A DNA stretch of 32,000 nt, from the NCBI RefSeq assembly GCF_032098525.1, contig NZ_CP134890.1:2635363-2667362 (forward strand), in the 5' to 3' direction. The notes under the pieces were generated by a model. That model did not search any database. It saw only the letters and a list, made by a program, of their open reading frames with translations, and was not told the DNA's origin. A program made the translations under genes and the position numbers. Origin of the DNA: Flavobacterium capsici. GTDB lineage: Bacteria > Bacteroidota > Bacteroidia > Flavobacteriales > Flavobacteriaceae. This document shows positions 10,127 to 19,004 of the stretch, piece after piece (within the stretch, counting starts at the first letter, position 1; each line of letters starts with the position of its first letter).

Positions 10127-10159
10127 CACCCGATAAAATTTATAACCAAAATTATATTT

Positions 10160-12679
10160 ATGGAATCAATGATGATTTATGTGCCAATAGTTATGGCGTT
10201 GATTGGATTAGTTTTTATGGCTGTTAAAAGGTCTTGGGTTTTAAAACAAGATGCTGGTGATGGTAAGATGAAAGAAATCTCAGATTACATCTACGAAGGT
10301 GCATTGGCTTTCTTGAAAGCAGAATACAGATTATTGGCAGTTTTTGTTCTTATAGCAAGTGCTGTATTAGCTGGAATTACTTTCTTACCAGGTGTTAAAA
10401 CACATATGTTAATCGTAATTGCTTTTATTTTTGGTGCTATATTCTCGGCTTTGGCAGGAAATATGGGTATGAAAATAGCAACTAAAACTAACGTAAGAAC
10501 TACTCAAGCAGCTCGTACTAGTTTACCACAAGCTTTAAAAGTTTCTTTTGGTGGTGGAACAGTAATGGGATTAGGTGTTGCTGGACTTGCGGTTTTAGGA
10601 TTAACTACTTTCTTTATAATTTTCTTTCATGTATTTATGGGTGGAGTTTGGACAGATACTGAAGGAATGACTGTTGTTCTTGAAACTCTTGCAGGTTTTT
10701 CTCTTGGAGCAGAATCAATCGCATTGTTTGCGCGTGTTGGTGGTGGTATTTATACAAAAGCTGCTGACGTAGGTGCCGATTTAGTTGGTAAAGTTGAAGC
10801 TGGTATTCCAGAAGATGATCCAAGAAATCCTGCTACAATTGCTGACAATGTTGGTGACAATGTTGGAGACGTTGCTGGAATGGGTGCCGATTTGTTTGGT
10901 TCTTATGTAGCAACTGTACTTGCAGCTATGGTTTTGGGTAACTATGTTATCAAAGATATGGGCGGAAAAATTGAAGACGCTTTTGGAGGAATTGGTCCAA
11001 TTTTATTGCCAATGGCAATTGCTGGTTTCGGAATTTTATTTTCTATTATAGGTACAATGCTAGTTAAAATTTCTAGCGATGATGCTAAAGAAAAACAAGT
11101 TCAAGGTGCATTAAACGTTGGTAACTGGGTTTCTATTATCCTAACAGCTATTTCTTGTTTCTTCTTAGTACAATATTTATTGCCTGCAACAATGACTATG
11201 GAATTCTATGGTGAAGGCGCACAACAAATTTCTTCAATGAGAGTGTTTTATGCAACTATCGTAGGTTTAGTAGTTGGTGGTGTTATTTCATCGGTTACAG
11301 AATATTACACAGGTTTAGGAACAAAACCAGTTTTGGCTATCGTACAAAAATCTTCTACTGGTGCAGGAACTAACGTTATTGCTGGTTTAGCAACAGGTAT
11401 GATTTCTACGTTCCCAACCGTATTATTATTTGCTGGTGCAATTTGGGCTTCTTATGCATTTGCTGGTTTCTATGGTGTGGCTTTAGCAGCTTCTGCTATG
11501 ATGGCTACAACGGCTATGCAATTAGCTATCGATGCTTTCGGACCAATCTCTGATAACGCTGGAGGAATTGCTGAAATGAGCGAATTACCAAAAGAAGTTC
11601 GTACGCGTACCGATATTTTAGATTCAGTAGGTAATACTACTGCTGCTACTGGTAAAGGTTTTGCTATTGCTTCTGCAGCGCTTACTTCGTTAGCATTATT
11701 TGCTGCTTATGTAACCTTTACAGGAATTGATGGAATCAATATTTTCAAAGCTCCAGTTTTAGCCATGTTATTTATTGGTGGTATGATTCCAGTTGTATTC
11801 TCTGCTCTTGCAATGAATTCAGTTGGTAAAGCAGCAATGGATATGGTATATGAAGTGCGTCGTCAGTTCAAAGAAATTCCAGGTATTATGGAAGGAACTG
11901 GAAAACCTCAATATGGTAAATGTGTTGAAATTTCTACTAAAGCAGCTTTACGCGAAATGATGTTGCCAGGAGTTTTAACTATTGGTTTCCCAATTGCTAT
12001 TGTTCTTTTAGGCAAATTAGTATATGCAGATAACAACCAGTTAATCGCTGAAATGTTAGGTGGATATATGGCTGGAGTTACCGTTTCAGGTGTACTTTGG
12101 GCTGTGTTCCAAAACAATGCTGGTGGTGCTTGGGATAACGCTAAAAAATCATTCGAAGCTGGTGTAGAAATCAATGGTGAAATGACATATAAAGGTTCAG
12201 ATGCTCACAAAGCAGCGGTAACTGGAGATACAGTTGGTGATCCATTTAAAGATACTTCTGGTCCATCGATGAACATCTTAATCAAATTAACTTGTTTAAT
12301 TGGTTTAGTAATCGCTCCAATCTTGGGTGCTGGTCATTCTGATGCTGCAATGGCTTCTTGTTGTGTGGCAAACGAAAAATGTGCTACCATGAGCAAAGAA
12401 GAATGTGCCAAAATGGGATGTACTGAAATGACCGTTTGTAACTCTATGTCAAAAGAAGAGTGTATGGAAAAAGGATGTACAAGCACAACTTGTAAATTCA
12501 TGAATCCTGAAGCTGCAATGATGGTTAAAGAAGTTTCTAAAGAAGTAAAAATTGAAAAAACTAACGAAAACGGAAAAGTTACTGCTAAAGTAACCACTGT
12601 TATCGATGGCAAAGAAGAAGTTCAAAACTTTGAAGGAACTGAAGAAGAAGTTCAAGCAAAAATTGATGCTTTAAAATAA
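10160..12679 (+). CDS. hppA: Membrane-bound pyrophosphate-energised cation pump (M-PPase), K+-dependent type, with a non-canonical C-terminal extension
   Basis: It carries the signature ADNVGDNVGDVAGMGADLFGSY and a multi-TM core. The GNTTAATGKGFAI motif has Ala at the position that marks K+-dependent enzymes. I place the start at ATG 10160 (MESMMIYVP...), downstream of the candidate promoter, rather than at TTG 10094. Confidence 0.92.
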   Translation: MESMMIYVPIVMALIGLVFMAVKRSWVLKQDAGDGKMKEISDYIYEGALAFLKAEYRLLAVFVLIASAVLAGITFLPGVKTHMLIVIAFIFGAIFSALAGNMGMKIATKTNVRTTQAARTSLPQALKVSFGGGTVMGLGVAGLAVLGLTTFFIIFFHVFMGGVWTDTEGMTVVLETLAGFSLGAESIALFARVGGGIYTKAADVGADLVGKVEAGIPEDDPRNPATIADNVGDNVGDVAGMGADLFGSYVATVLAAMVLGNYVIKDMGGKIEDAFGGIGPILLPMAIAGFGILFSIIGTMLVKISSDDAKEKQVQGALNVGNWVSIILTAISCFFLVQYLLPATMTMEFYGEGAQQISSMRVFYATIVGLVVGGVISSVTEYYTGLGTKPVLAIVQKSSTGAGTNVIAGLATGMISTFPTVLLFAGAIWASYAFAGFYGVALAASAMMATTAMQLAIDAFGPISDNAGGIAEMSELPKEVRTRTDILDSVGNTTAATGKGFAIASAALTSLALFAAYVTFTGIDGINIFKAPVLAMLFIGGMIPVVFSALAMNSVGKAAMDMVYEVRRQFKEIPGIMEGTGKPQYGKCVEISTKAALREMMLPGVLTIGFPIAIVLLGKLVYADNNQLIAEMLGGYMAGVTVSGVLWAVFQNNAGGAWDNAKKSFEAGVEINGEMTYKGSDAHKAAVTGDTVGDPFKDTSGPSMNILIKLTCLIGLVIAPILGAGHSDAAMASCCVANEKCATMSKEECAKMGCTEMTVCNSMSKEECMEKGCTSTTCKFMNPEAAMMVKEVSKEVKIEKTNENGKVTAKVTTVIDGKEEVQNFEGTEEEVQAKIDALK

Positions 12680-12705
12680 AATATAAGTTCTTTTTCAAGA
12701 ATATA

Positions 12706-12733
12706 AAAGCTCCGCAAATGCGGAGCTTTTTTT
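12706..12733 (+). terminator. Rho-independent terminator of hppA
   Basis: AAAGCTCCGC pairs with GCGGAGCTTT across a 4-nt loop. A run of seven T follows. Confidence 0.85.
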
Positions 12734-12789
12734 ATGATAAATCAATCTAATAGCTAAATAGTAGACATTTATAATTAAATAGTTCCTAT

Positions 12790-13104
12790 TCATTAGTCAA
12801 GCTTACATATTTACAATAGAAGAGTTCGGTTTCATAGTTAAAGGTTAGACATTTATAGTTGAATGTCCCACTTTCATTAGTGAAGATTAGATATTTATTA
12901 ATGAATATTACAAATTCATATATGAAACCCAGACATTCATTAGTGAATCCTACAAGTTTTTCTTTGAATATTACAAATTCATTAGTGAATCCTACAAATT
13001 CATTTATAAATGTCACGCATTCATAATTGAATCCTACACATTTATCTATGAATATTACAAGTTCATTTATGAAACCTACAGATTCATTAATCAATCTAAA
13101 ATTT
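12790..13104. repeat. Tandem array of 15 degenerate repeats in strict 21-nt register
   Basis: Units start at 12790, 12811, 12832, ... 13084 with no indels. The consensus is roughly TCATTAnTGAAtcCTACAaAT. TGAA is conserved at unit positions 8-11 and AT at positions 20-21. Confidence 0.9.
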
Positions 13105-13118
13105 TAGCATTAAAAACT

Positions 13119-13709
13119 CTAAACGTGTTTTCCTTTTTCCCAACCCGTTTTTCCTAAGTAGTGTTCGGCACTTTCAATTGCGCCTTGTTCTATAGTGGTT
13201 CCCATAGAATCATTCCAACGGTTGAGGTAGCCAAAAAGCGAAATAACACCTAGCATTTCTACAATTTCGCCTTCGTTCCAATATTTGTAAAGTTCTGATT
13301 TAATGTTTTCATCTACGTTGTTTGGAATTACTGAAGCAGCCAAAGCAAAGTTCAAAGCAGCACGTTCAGCTTCAGAAAAAGCAGGATGTGATGCATATTC
13401 CCAAATATTATCCAGTTGTTCTTGGTCGGCGCCGTAGCGTTCCGCAGCACGAATGGTATGCGCTTGACAATACCTGCAACCAGCGGCATTACTAGAAACC
13501 CAACCAATCATGCGTTTCAATGCTGAGGTAACACGTCCTTGGTTTTCCATCACGGCTTTATTTAAATTAATAAACGCTTTGGAAATCGCAGGACGATGTT
13601 GCATCGTCAATACTGAATTGGGACAAAAACCTAAGGTTTCGTTGAAAAATGCAGCGAGTTCTTGGGTTTCTTTATCGTGTTCTGGCGAAAGTGGTTTAAC
13701 TAATGGCAT
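13119..13709 (-). CDS. Carboxymuconolactone decarboxylase / AhpD-like peroxidase-related protein
   Basis: 196 aa with the AhpD-family CxxC core (AAGCRYCQAHT). Confidence 0.85.
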   Translation of the reverse strand: MPLVKPLSPEHDKETQELAAFFNETLGFCPNSVLTMQHRPAISKAFINLNKAVMENQGRVTSALKRMIGWVSSNAAGCRYCQAHTIRAAERYGADQEQLDNIWEYASHPAFSEAERAALNFALAASVIPNNVDENIKSELYKYWNEGEIVEMLGVISLFGYLNRWNDSMGTTIEQGAIESAEHYLGKTGWEKGKHV

Positions 13710-13723
13710 GGCTATAAATTAAA

Positions 13724-13749
13724 AAGTCATTACTTTTTGGTAATGACTT
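13724..13749 (-). terminator. Hairpin downstream of the deoxynucleoside kinase gene (possible terminator)
   Basis: AAGTCATTAC pairs with GTAATGACTT across a 6-nt loop. On the minus strand it is followed by TTTTAATTT. Confidence 0.5.
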
Positions 13750-13768
13750 GTGGTTTTTGTTTTATTTA

Positions 13769-14383
13769 CTAAAATAATCCGTTTATTTCGGCGTCAATTC
13801 TATTGATAACCGTTCCTAAATCTTCTTGACTATTCACGAAATCAATATCATCAACATCGATAATTAATAATTTCCCTTTGTCATAGGAATGTATCCAGGC
13901 TTCATAGCGTTCGTTCAAACGACTCAGATAGTCAATTGAAATGGTATTTTCATACTCACGACCACGTTTATGAATTTGCCCAACTAAATTTGGGATAGAA
14001 CTTCTTAAATAAATCAATAAATCAGGTGGACCAACAAGGTTTTCCATCAAATCAAACAATGATGAATAGTTTTGAAAATCACGATTGGTCATCAATCCCA
14101 TTGCATGAAGGTTTGGTGCAAAAATATGCGCATCTTCATAGATGGTTCTGTCCTGAATAATGTTTTTACCGCTTTCGCGTATTTGTAGTATCTGACGAAA
14201 ACGACTGTTCAAGAAATAAATTTGCAAATTGAAACTCCAACGTTCCATTTGGTGATAAAAATCATCTAAATAAGGATTGTCAACCACATCTTCAAAATGT
14301 GGTTCCCATTTAAAATGTTTTGCTAATGACCTTGTGAGAGTGGTTTTTCCTGCGCCTATGTTTCCTGCAATCGCTATATGCAT
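13769..14383 (-). CDS. Deoxynucleoside kinase (dAK/dGK/dCK family)
   Basis: 204 aa. It has the P-loop IAIAGNIGAGKTTL, the motif QDRTIYED, and an R-rich lid (IHKRGREYE). Confidence 0.9.
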   Translation of the reverse strand: MHIAIAGNIGAGKTTLTRSLAKHFKWEPHFEDVVDNPYLDDFYHQMERWSFNLQIYFLNSRFRQILQIRESGKNIIQDRTIYEDAHIFAPNLHAMGLMTNRDFQNYSSLFDLMENLVGPPDLLIYLRSSIPNLVGQIHKRGREYENTISIDYLSRLNERYEAWIHSYDKGKLLIIDVDDIDFVNSQEDLGTVINRIDAEINGLF

Positions 14384-15171
14384 TATGGTAGTTTTATTTT
14401 ATAGTTTTTAATTTGTTGGTCGGTAAAAATAGCTAAATTTTGGTCTTTATAATAGAAACTTTGAAAGGAGTTCTCAACAATTTCTATTTCAATTATTGAT
14501 TTTTTAGCATAATTCAATAAATATAATTTATGATTTACTGAAAAAAGAATTCTTTCGTTATCAATGATTTGAATTTTATCGTAGGCAGGAACCGTGCAAT
14601 GCAAATTAGTTTTTCCAAAAATGTCAATGGAGTAAAAGTGATTCAAATCATCAATCCAATAAAAATTATTGTAGTCAGATTGTGTGTTTTTTATTGTTCC
14701 TTGAAACGGAATAGGAAATTCTGTAAATGCAATTTTTTTGTAATCAAACAATCCTATTTTTTGATTGATGGAATTGTAGAACCAAAGTTGATTTCTTGCC
14801 GATAAACCGGTATTTGAAATAACGGTTGAATTGTTTATTGAAGAAAAATTTATTTTTTGTATTTCGTTTAATTGATTATCAAGAAGTAGAACTGTGTTGA
14901 ATTGTTCATAGAAAAGCACTATTTGTAGTGGATTGATTATGTCAACAGAAGAAATTTTGCCCAAGGCTACATTTTTATATTGCCACAATTGCGATTTAGA
15001 TTTTTTGTAAAATACATTGTCTTTTATAAAATAAAAATCACCCAATGTATCAAACCCAACATAGGTATTACAAACTATCTTATTTGAACCCATAAGAGTA
15101 GTGCTAAGTTTTTGAGAAAACCCAATAGTACTTAGTAACAATACTAAAAAAAAAGTGATTTTTTTAATCAT
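14383..15171 (-). CDS. Hypothetical secreted protein
   Basis: 262 aa with an N-terminal signal peptide (MIKKITFFLVLLLSTIGFSQ). I recognise no family. Its stop overlaps the kinase start by 1 nt. Confidence 0.6.
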   Translation of the reverse strand: MIKKITFFLVLLLSTIGFSQKLSTTLMGSNKIVCNTYVGFDTLGDFYFIKDNVFYKKSKSQLWQYKNVALGKISSVDIINPLQIVLFYEQFNTVLLLDNQLNEIQKINFSSINNSTVISNTGLSARNQLWFYNSINQKIGLFDYKKIAFTEFPIPFQGTIKNTQSDYNNFYWIDDLNHFYSIDIFGKTNLHCTVPAYDKIQIIDNERILFSVNHKLYLLNYAKKSIIEIEIVENSFQSFYYKDQNLAIFTDQQIKNYKIKLP

Positions 15172-15291
15172 ACTGCTAATTTACATTAAACCTTTTGAAA
15201 AAGAAATGGTCAAAAATATTTTTTAACAATATATTGGTAACACTTTGCCGATTCTTTCGTCATATTTGTTATTCTAAATAAAACCAAACAC

Positions 15292-16194
15292 ATGAAAAAT
15301 TTAGCATTACTTATTTTCTCTTTATTTTCTCTGATATCATTTGCTCAGAAAGATTTTCAAGGTATGGCAGTGTACGAATCAAAAACTAGTACATCTGATT
15401 TTAAATCAAGAATGGAAGGCAACAAAGAGATAACTCCTGAGATGCAAAAAATGATAGAAGAACGTATGAAGAAAATGTTTGAAAAAACATTTATACTAAA
15501 TTTTGACAAATCAGCTTCAATTTATAAAGAGGAAGAAAAACTTGATGCTCCAAATCAAGGTGGCGGTATGCGATTTATGTCTTCTATGATGGGCGGTGGC
15601 GGAACCTATTATAAAAATGTAAAAGAAAAAACATATACCGTTGATAAAGAATTTATGGGCAAGGAATTTTTGGTTAAAGATTCATTGCCACAGTTAAATT
15701 GGAAAATGGAAGCTGAAACAAGAGTTATTGGAGGTTATAATTGTTTCAAAGCTACAGCTGTAGTTCCTGCAAGTAAATCGGATTTCAGAAATTTTAGAAT
15801 GAAAAATAGAGGCGAAAAGAAAGAAGGAGAGAAAAAAGAAGAAACTGCTAAAGAAGAAAAAGAAGGAGAAAAGAAAACAAACTTCTTAGAAGAATTAGAT
15901 ATGCCTAAAGAAATCACTATCACTGCTTGGTATACGCCAGAAATTCCAGTTAATCAAGGACCAGAAAGCTATTGGGGATTACCAGGTTTGATACTGGAAG
16001 TAAATGATGGAAAGACCGTTATTCTTTGTTCTAAAATTGTATTGAATTCTAAAGAAAAAGTAGAAATAAAAGCACCTAAGAACGGAAAAGTAGTAACCCA
16101 AAAAGAGTATGACGAAACCGTAATGAAGAAAATGGAAGAAATGAGTGAGATGAATAATGGAAGAGGCGGATTTCAAATGAGAATGAGCAGGTAA
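15292..16194 (+). CDS. GLPGLI family protein
   Basis: 300 aa with a signal peptide and the eponymous motif YWGLPGLILEV. It also has a Lys/Glu-rich low-complexity insert (NRGEKKEGEKKEETAKEEKEGEKK). Confidence 0.85.
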   Translation: MKNLALLIFSLFSLISFAQKDFQGMAVYESKTSTSDFKSRMEGNKEITPEMQKMIEERMKKMFEKTFILNFDKSASIYKEEEKLDAPNQGGGMRFMSSMMGGGGTYYKNVKEKTYTVDKEFMGKEFLVKDSLPQLNWKMEAETRVIGGYNCFKATAVVPASKSDFRNFRMKNRGEKKEGEKKEETAKEEKEGEKKTNFLEELDMPKEITITAWYTPEIPVNQGPESYWGLPGLILEVNDGKTVILCSKIVLNSKEKVEIKAPKNGKVVTQKEYDETVMKKMEEMSEMNNGRGGFQMRMSR

Positions 16195-16217
16195 TATTGT
16201 TATAGTATAAAAATTAT

Positions 16218-18950
16218 ATGAAAAAAATTATTTTAGTACTGATAACTTTAGTTTCGGTAAGCTCTTTTTCTCAAAATGTCCGTTTTGAAGGAATCATACA
16301 AGACACCAATAAACAGCCATTAGAAATGGCAAACATTATGGCATTGAATCAGGCAACAAAAGCAATGGATGCCTATGCTATTACAAACGATAAAGGAAAA
16401 TTTGTTTTGAATCTTAAAGCTAATTCAACCTATACCGTTAAATTGAGTTATCTAGGTATGCAAAACAAAGAGATAACTGTCAACACATTAAGTGAAAATA
16501 TTTCTCAAAATATCACTATGGAAAGTGGTGGAATTGATCTTGAAGGAGTAGAAATTGTTCGTGAAATGCCAGTTTCAATAAAAGGTGATACTATTGTTTA
16601 CAATGCAGATTCTTTTAAAAATGGAACCGAAAGAAAACTAGAAGATGTACTGAAAAAATTGCCTGGTGTTGAAGTTAATGCTGATGGTGAAGTAGAAGTT
16701 GAAGGGAAAAAAGTTTCAAAGTTGATGGTTGAAGGAAAAGATTTCTTTGATGGCGATACAAAACTTGGTGTAAAAAACATTCCAGCTGATGCGATTGATA
16801 AAGTTCAGGTATTGAGAAATTATAATGAGAATTCTATCTTAAAAGGAGTGGAAAACAATCAGGATAATTTGGCTATGAATATCAAACTAAAAGATGGAAA
16901 GAAAAACTTTTGGTTTGGTGATGTTACTGCTGGTGGCGGAATGGATGATGAAAACAAATTTGACCGTTTTATAATCAACCCGAAGCTTTTTTATTATAAT
17001 CCAAAATACAGCATCAACTTAATCACAAATTTTAATAATATTGGTGAGTTGCCGCTAACTATTCAAGATTATTTTAAATTCACAGGCGGATTTAGAAGCA
17101 TGATGTCTAAAGGCGGTTCTAGTTTTAATGTGCTTAGTAATGATTTAGGATTAGCTGTTCTAAGAAACAATAGAGCTAAAGAAATTGACACTAAATTTGG
17201 AGCTACAAATTTTTCATATAATCCATCAAAAAAATGGACTTTGAGTGGTTTTGGTATTCTTTCTTCTTCAATTACAGATGTTGAAACAGTTACAAACACC
17301 AATTATTTAAAGCCAAATTCCACCGAAGTTGCTTCAACAGAAAACAGAAATCAAATAGCACATCAAGATAGCAATTTGGGATTAGTAAAGTTAAGTTCTC
17401 TTTATAAACCAAATGCTAATTTTCAAATGGATTATGATATTTTGAGTAAGTTTTCTAAGCAAGATGAAAATAATTCATTGTTAAGAGAAGTCATTGATGA
17501 AGATAATAATACTAGCACAGAAAATATTTTAAGCAATAAAAAGCAGAACCCATTTACGATCAATCAAAACTTAAGTTTTTATTATACGCCGAGTTCAAAA
17601 CATGTTTTTGCTTTTGAGTCACAACATTTGTATCAGGAAGAAGATCCATTTTACAATGCCAATTTACAATCCCTACCATTTAATTTGTCGGGATATATAT
17701 CAGGACAAAACAGAAACAATATTAATCAAGACCGTTTTGTAAAGACTAATAAATTGGACACAAAATTGGATTATTACTATATGATTACACCAAAAAGCAA
17801 TATTAATGTTACTTTAGGTAATACGTATTCGTATCAAAGTTTCAATTCAAGAATTTTCCAAATATTAGACAACGAAGATGTAAATAATTTGGATGATGCT
17901 GAAAACACTAATGATGTTAATTATAAATTTGATGATGCTTTTCTTGGTTTGCATTATAAAATATTAACAGGTAAGTTTACATTGACGCCAGGATTTAGTA
18001 TTCATAATTATTCTTTAAATAATACACAATTAGGAAGCAGTTATAAGCAAAATTTTGGTAGAATATTGCCAGACTTCTTAGCTATTTATCAAATTAAGAA
18101 AGCTGAATCGTTAACTTATAATTTTTCATACAATAATAACTTTACCGACATTAATCGTTTAGCTGAAGGATTTGTGTTAAATAATTACAATAGCTTAACG
18201 AAAGGAAACAGAACGATTGAAAATTCAATTCAACAATCACATTCGTTGCGTTATTTTAAATATAATATGTTCAATTTTGAAAATATTTCTGCATTTATCA
18301 ATTACAACAAAACGGTTGATGCTGTTAAGAATAGAGCTTTGTTTAACAATGTAAACCAAATATCTTCTCCAATTAATTCTGCCTTTGCTGACGAAAGTAT
18401 TTCTGGTAATTTACGTTATGGACGTTCATTCTTTAAATATTATAAAGCTTCAATTAGTGCAACACTAAATTGGTCAAAGTTCAACAATATTCAGGTTGAC
18501 AGAGTAACTTTCCAAGATGTTTTAGTAACCAATGAAAGTTTTACGCAAAATTATAATGTTAGTGCTTCTACAAATTTCAAAAACTTTCCTAATTTAGAAT
18601 TAGGTTATGGATATTCGGTAAATCAGTATCCAAATGACACTTTTTATACTGATAGACCAAACGCTAAGCTAGAATACTTTTTCTTAAAAAGCTTTTCTTT
18701 TGTTAGTGAATACGAATATTATCATTATTACAACAAAGACAAAACCGTTGAGAATGAATATGATTTTTTATCGGCAAGCTTGATTTTCCAAAAAACAAAA
18801 GACAGTCATTTTGAGTATAAAGTAAGTGTAACCAATTTATTGAACACAAAAGCTTTAAAAGACAATAGTTTTTCGCAGTTTTCAACCAGTGATTCGCAAT
18901 ATACGATTCAACCACGATACTTAATATTTACTTTGAAATATAATTTATAA
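16218..18950 (+). CDS. Large outer-membrane beta-barrel protein (CarboxypepD_reg + plug-like region, TonB-dependent-receptor-like)
   Basis: 910 aa with a signal peptide. It has a CarboxypepD_reg N-terminus (RFEGIIQDTNKQPLEMANI) and a plug-like segment (GDTIVYNADSF...LEDVLKKLPGVEV). The C-terminus is rich in aromatic residues and ends ...TLKYNL. Confidence 0.8.
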   Translation: MKKIILVLITLVSVSSFSQNVRFEGIIQDTNKQPLEMANIMALNQATKAMDAYAITNDKGKFVLNLKANSTYTVKLSYLGMQNKEITVNTLSENISQNITMESGGIDLEGVEIVREMPVSIKGDTIVYNADSFKNGTERKLEDVLKKLPGVEVNADGEVEVEGKKVSKLMVEGKDFFDGDTKLGVKNIPADAIDKVQVLRNYNENSILKGVENNQDNLAMNIKLKDGKKNFWFGDVTAGGGMDDENKFDRFIINPKLFYYNPKYSINLITNFNNIGELPLTIQDYFKFTGGFRSMMSKGGSSFNVLSNDLGLAVLRNNRAKEIDTKFGATNFSYNPSKKWTLSGFGILSSSITDVETVTNTNYLKPNSTEVASTENRNQIAHQDSNLGLVKLSSLYKPNANFQMDYDILSKFSKQDENNSLLREVIDEDNNTSTENILSNKKQNPFTINQNLSFYYTPSSKHVFAFESQHLYQEEDPFYNANLQSLPFNLSGYISGQNRNNINQDRFVKTNKLDTKLDYYYMITPKSNINVTLGNTYSYQSFNSRIFQILDNEDVNNLDDAENTNDVNYKFDDAFLGLHYKILTGKFTLTPGFSIHNYSLNNTQLGSSYKQNFGRILPDFLAIYQIKKAESLTYNFSYNNNFTDINRLAEGFVLNNYNSLTKGNRTIENSIQQSHSLRYFKYNMFNFENISAFINYNKTVDAVKNRALFNNVNQISSPINSAFADESISGNLRYGRSFFKYYKASISATLNWSKFNNIQVDRVTFQDVLVTNESFTQNYNVSASTNFKNFPNLELGYGYSVNQYPNDTFYTDRPNAKLEYFFLKSFSFVSEYEYYHYYNKDKTVENEYDFLSASLIFQKTKDSHFEYKVSVTNLLNTKALKDNSFSQFSTSDSQYTIQPRYLIFTLKYNL

Positions 18951-18953
18951 AAT

Positions 18954-18984
18954 AAAAAACCACGCTTAATAGCGTGGTTTTTTT
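18954..18984. terminator. Bidirectional rho-independent terminator between the receptor gene and metK
   Basis: AAAAAACCACGCT pairs with AGCGTGGTTTTTT across a 4-nt loop. An A-run and a T-run flank the stem. Confidence 0.85.
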
Positions 18985-19004
18985 ATAATTAACTATTTGG
19001 TCTT

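Noticed and set aside
10094-10159. N-terminal extensions from upstream alternative starts in the ORF track (hppA TTG 10094; also 4883, 22734, 28817, 31211)
   Set aside because: - 10094 is a TTG that coincides with the candidate -33 element.
- 4883 lies inside the pdhB terminator stem.
- 22734 (TTG) reads through a terminator hairpin.
- 28817 (TTG) and 31211 overlap the preceding genes.

In-frame ATGs just downstream give canonical N-termini or signal peptides.
12786-13094. 102-aa minus-strand ORF (MINESVGFINELVIFIDKCVGF...) as a real protein-coding gene
   Set aside because: The ORF is exactly coextensive with the 21-nt repeat array, so it is open simply because the repeat unit lacks stops in that frame. 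The product would be an extremely hydrophobic, aromatic heptad repeat with no recognisable family. I kept it only as an alternative hypothesis under the repeat finding.
12790-13104. CRISPR array interpretation of the two periodic arrays (also 29798-29995)
   Set aside because: The units are contiguous 21-mers with no unique spacers between them. The repeats are degenerate rather than near-identical, and there are no cas genes in the window.
15790-15870. Purine-rich GAA/AAG repeat as a non-coding microsatellite
   Set aside because: It lies in frame within the GLPGLI gene and encodes a Lys/Glu-rich linker. I treat it as coding low complexity.
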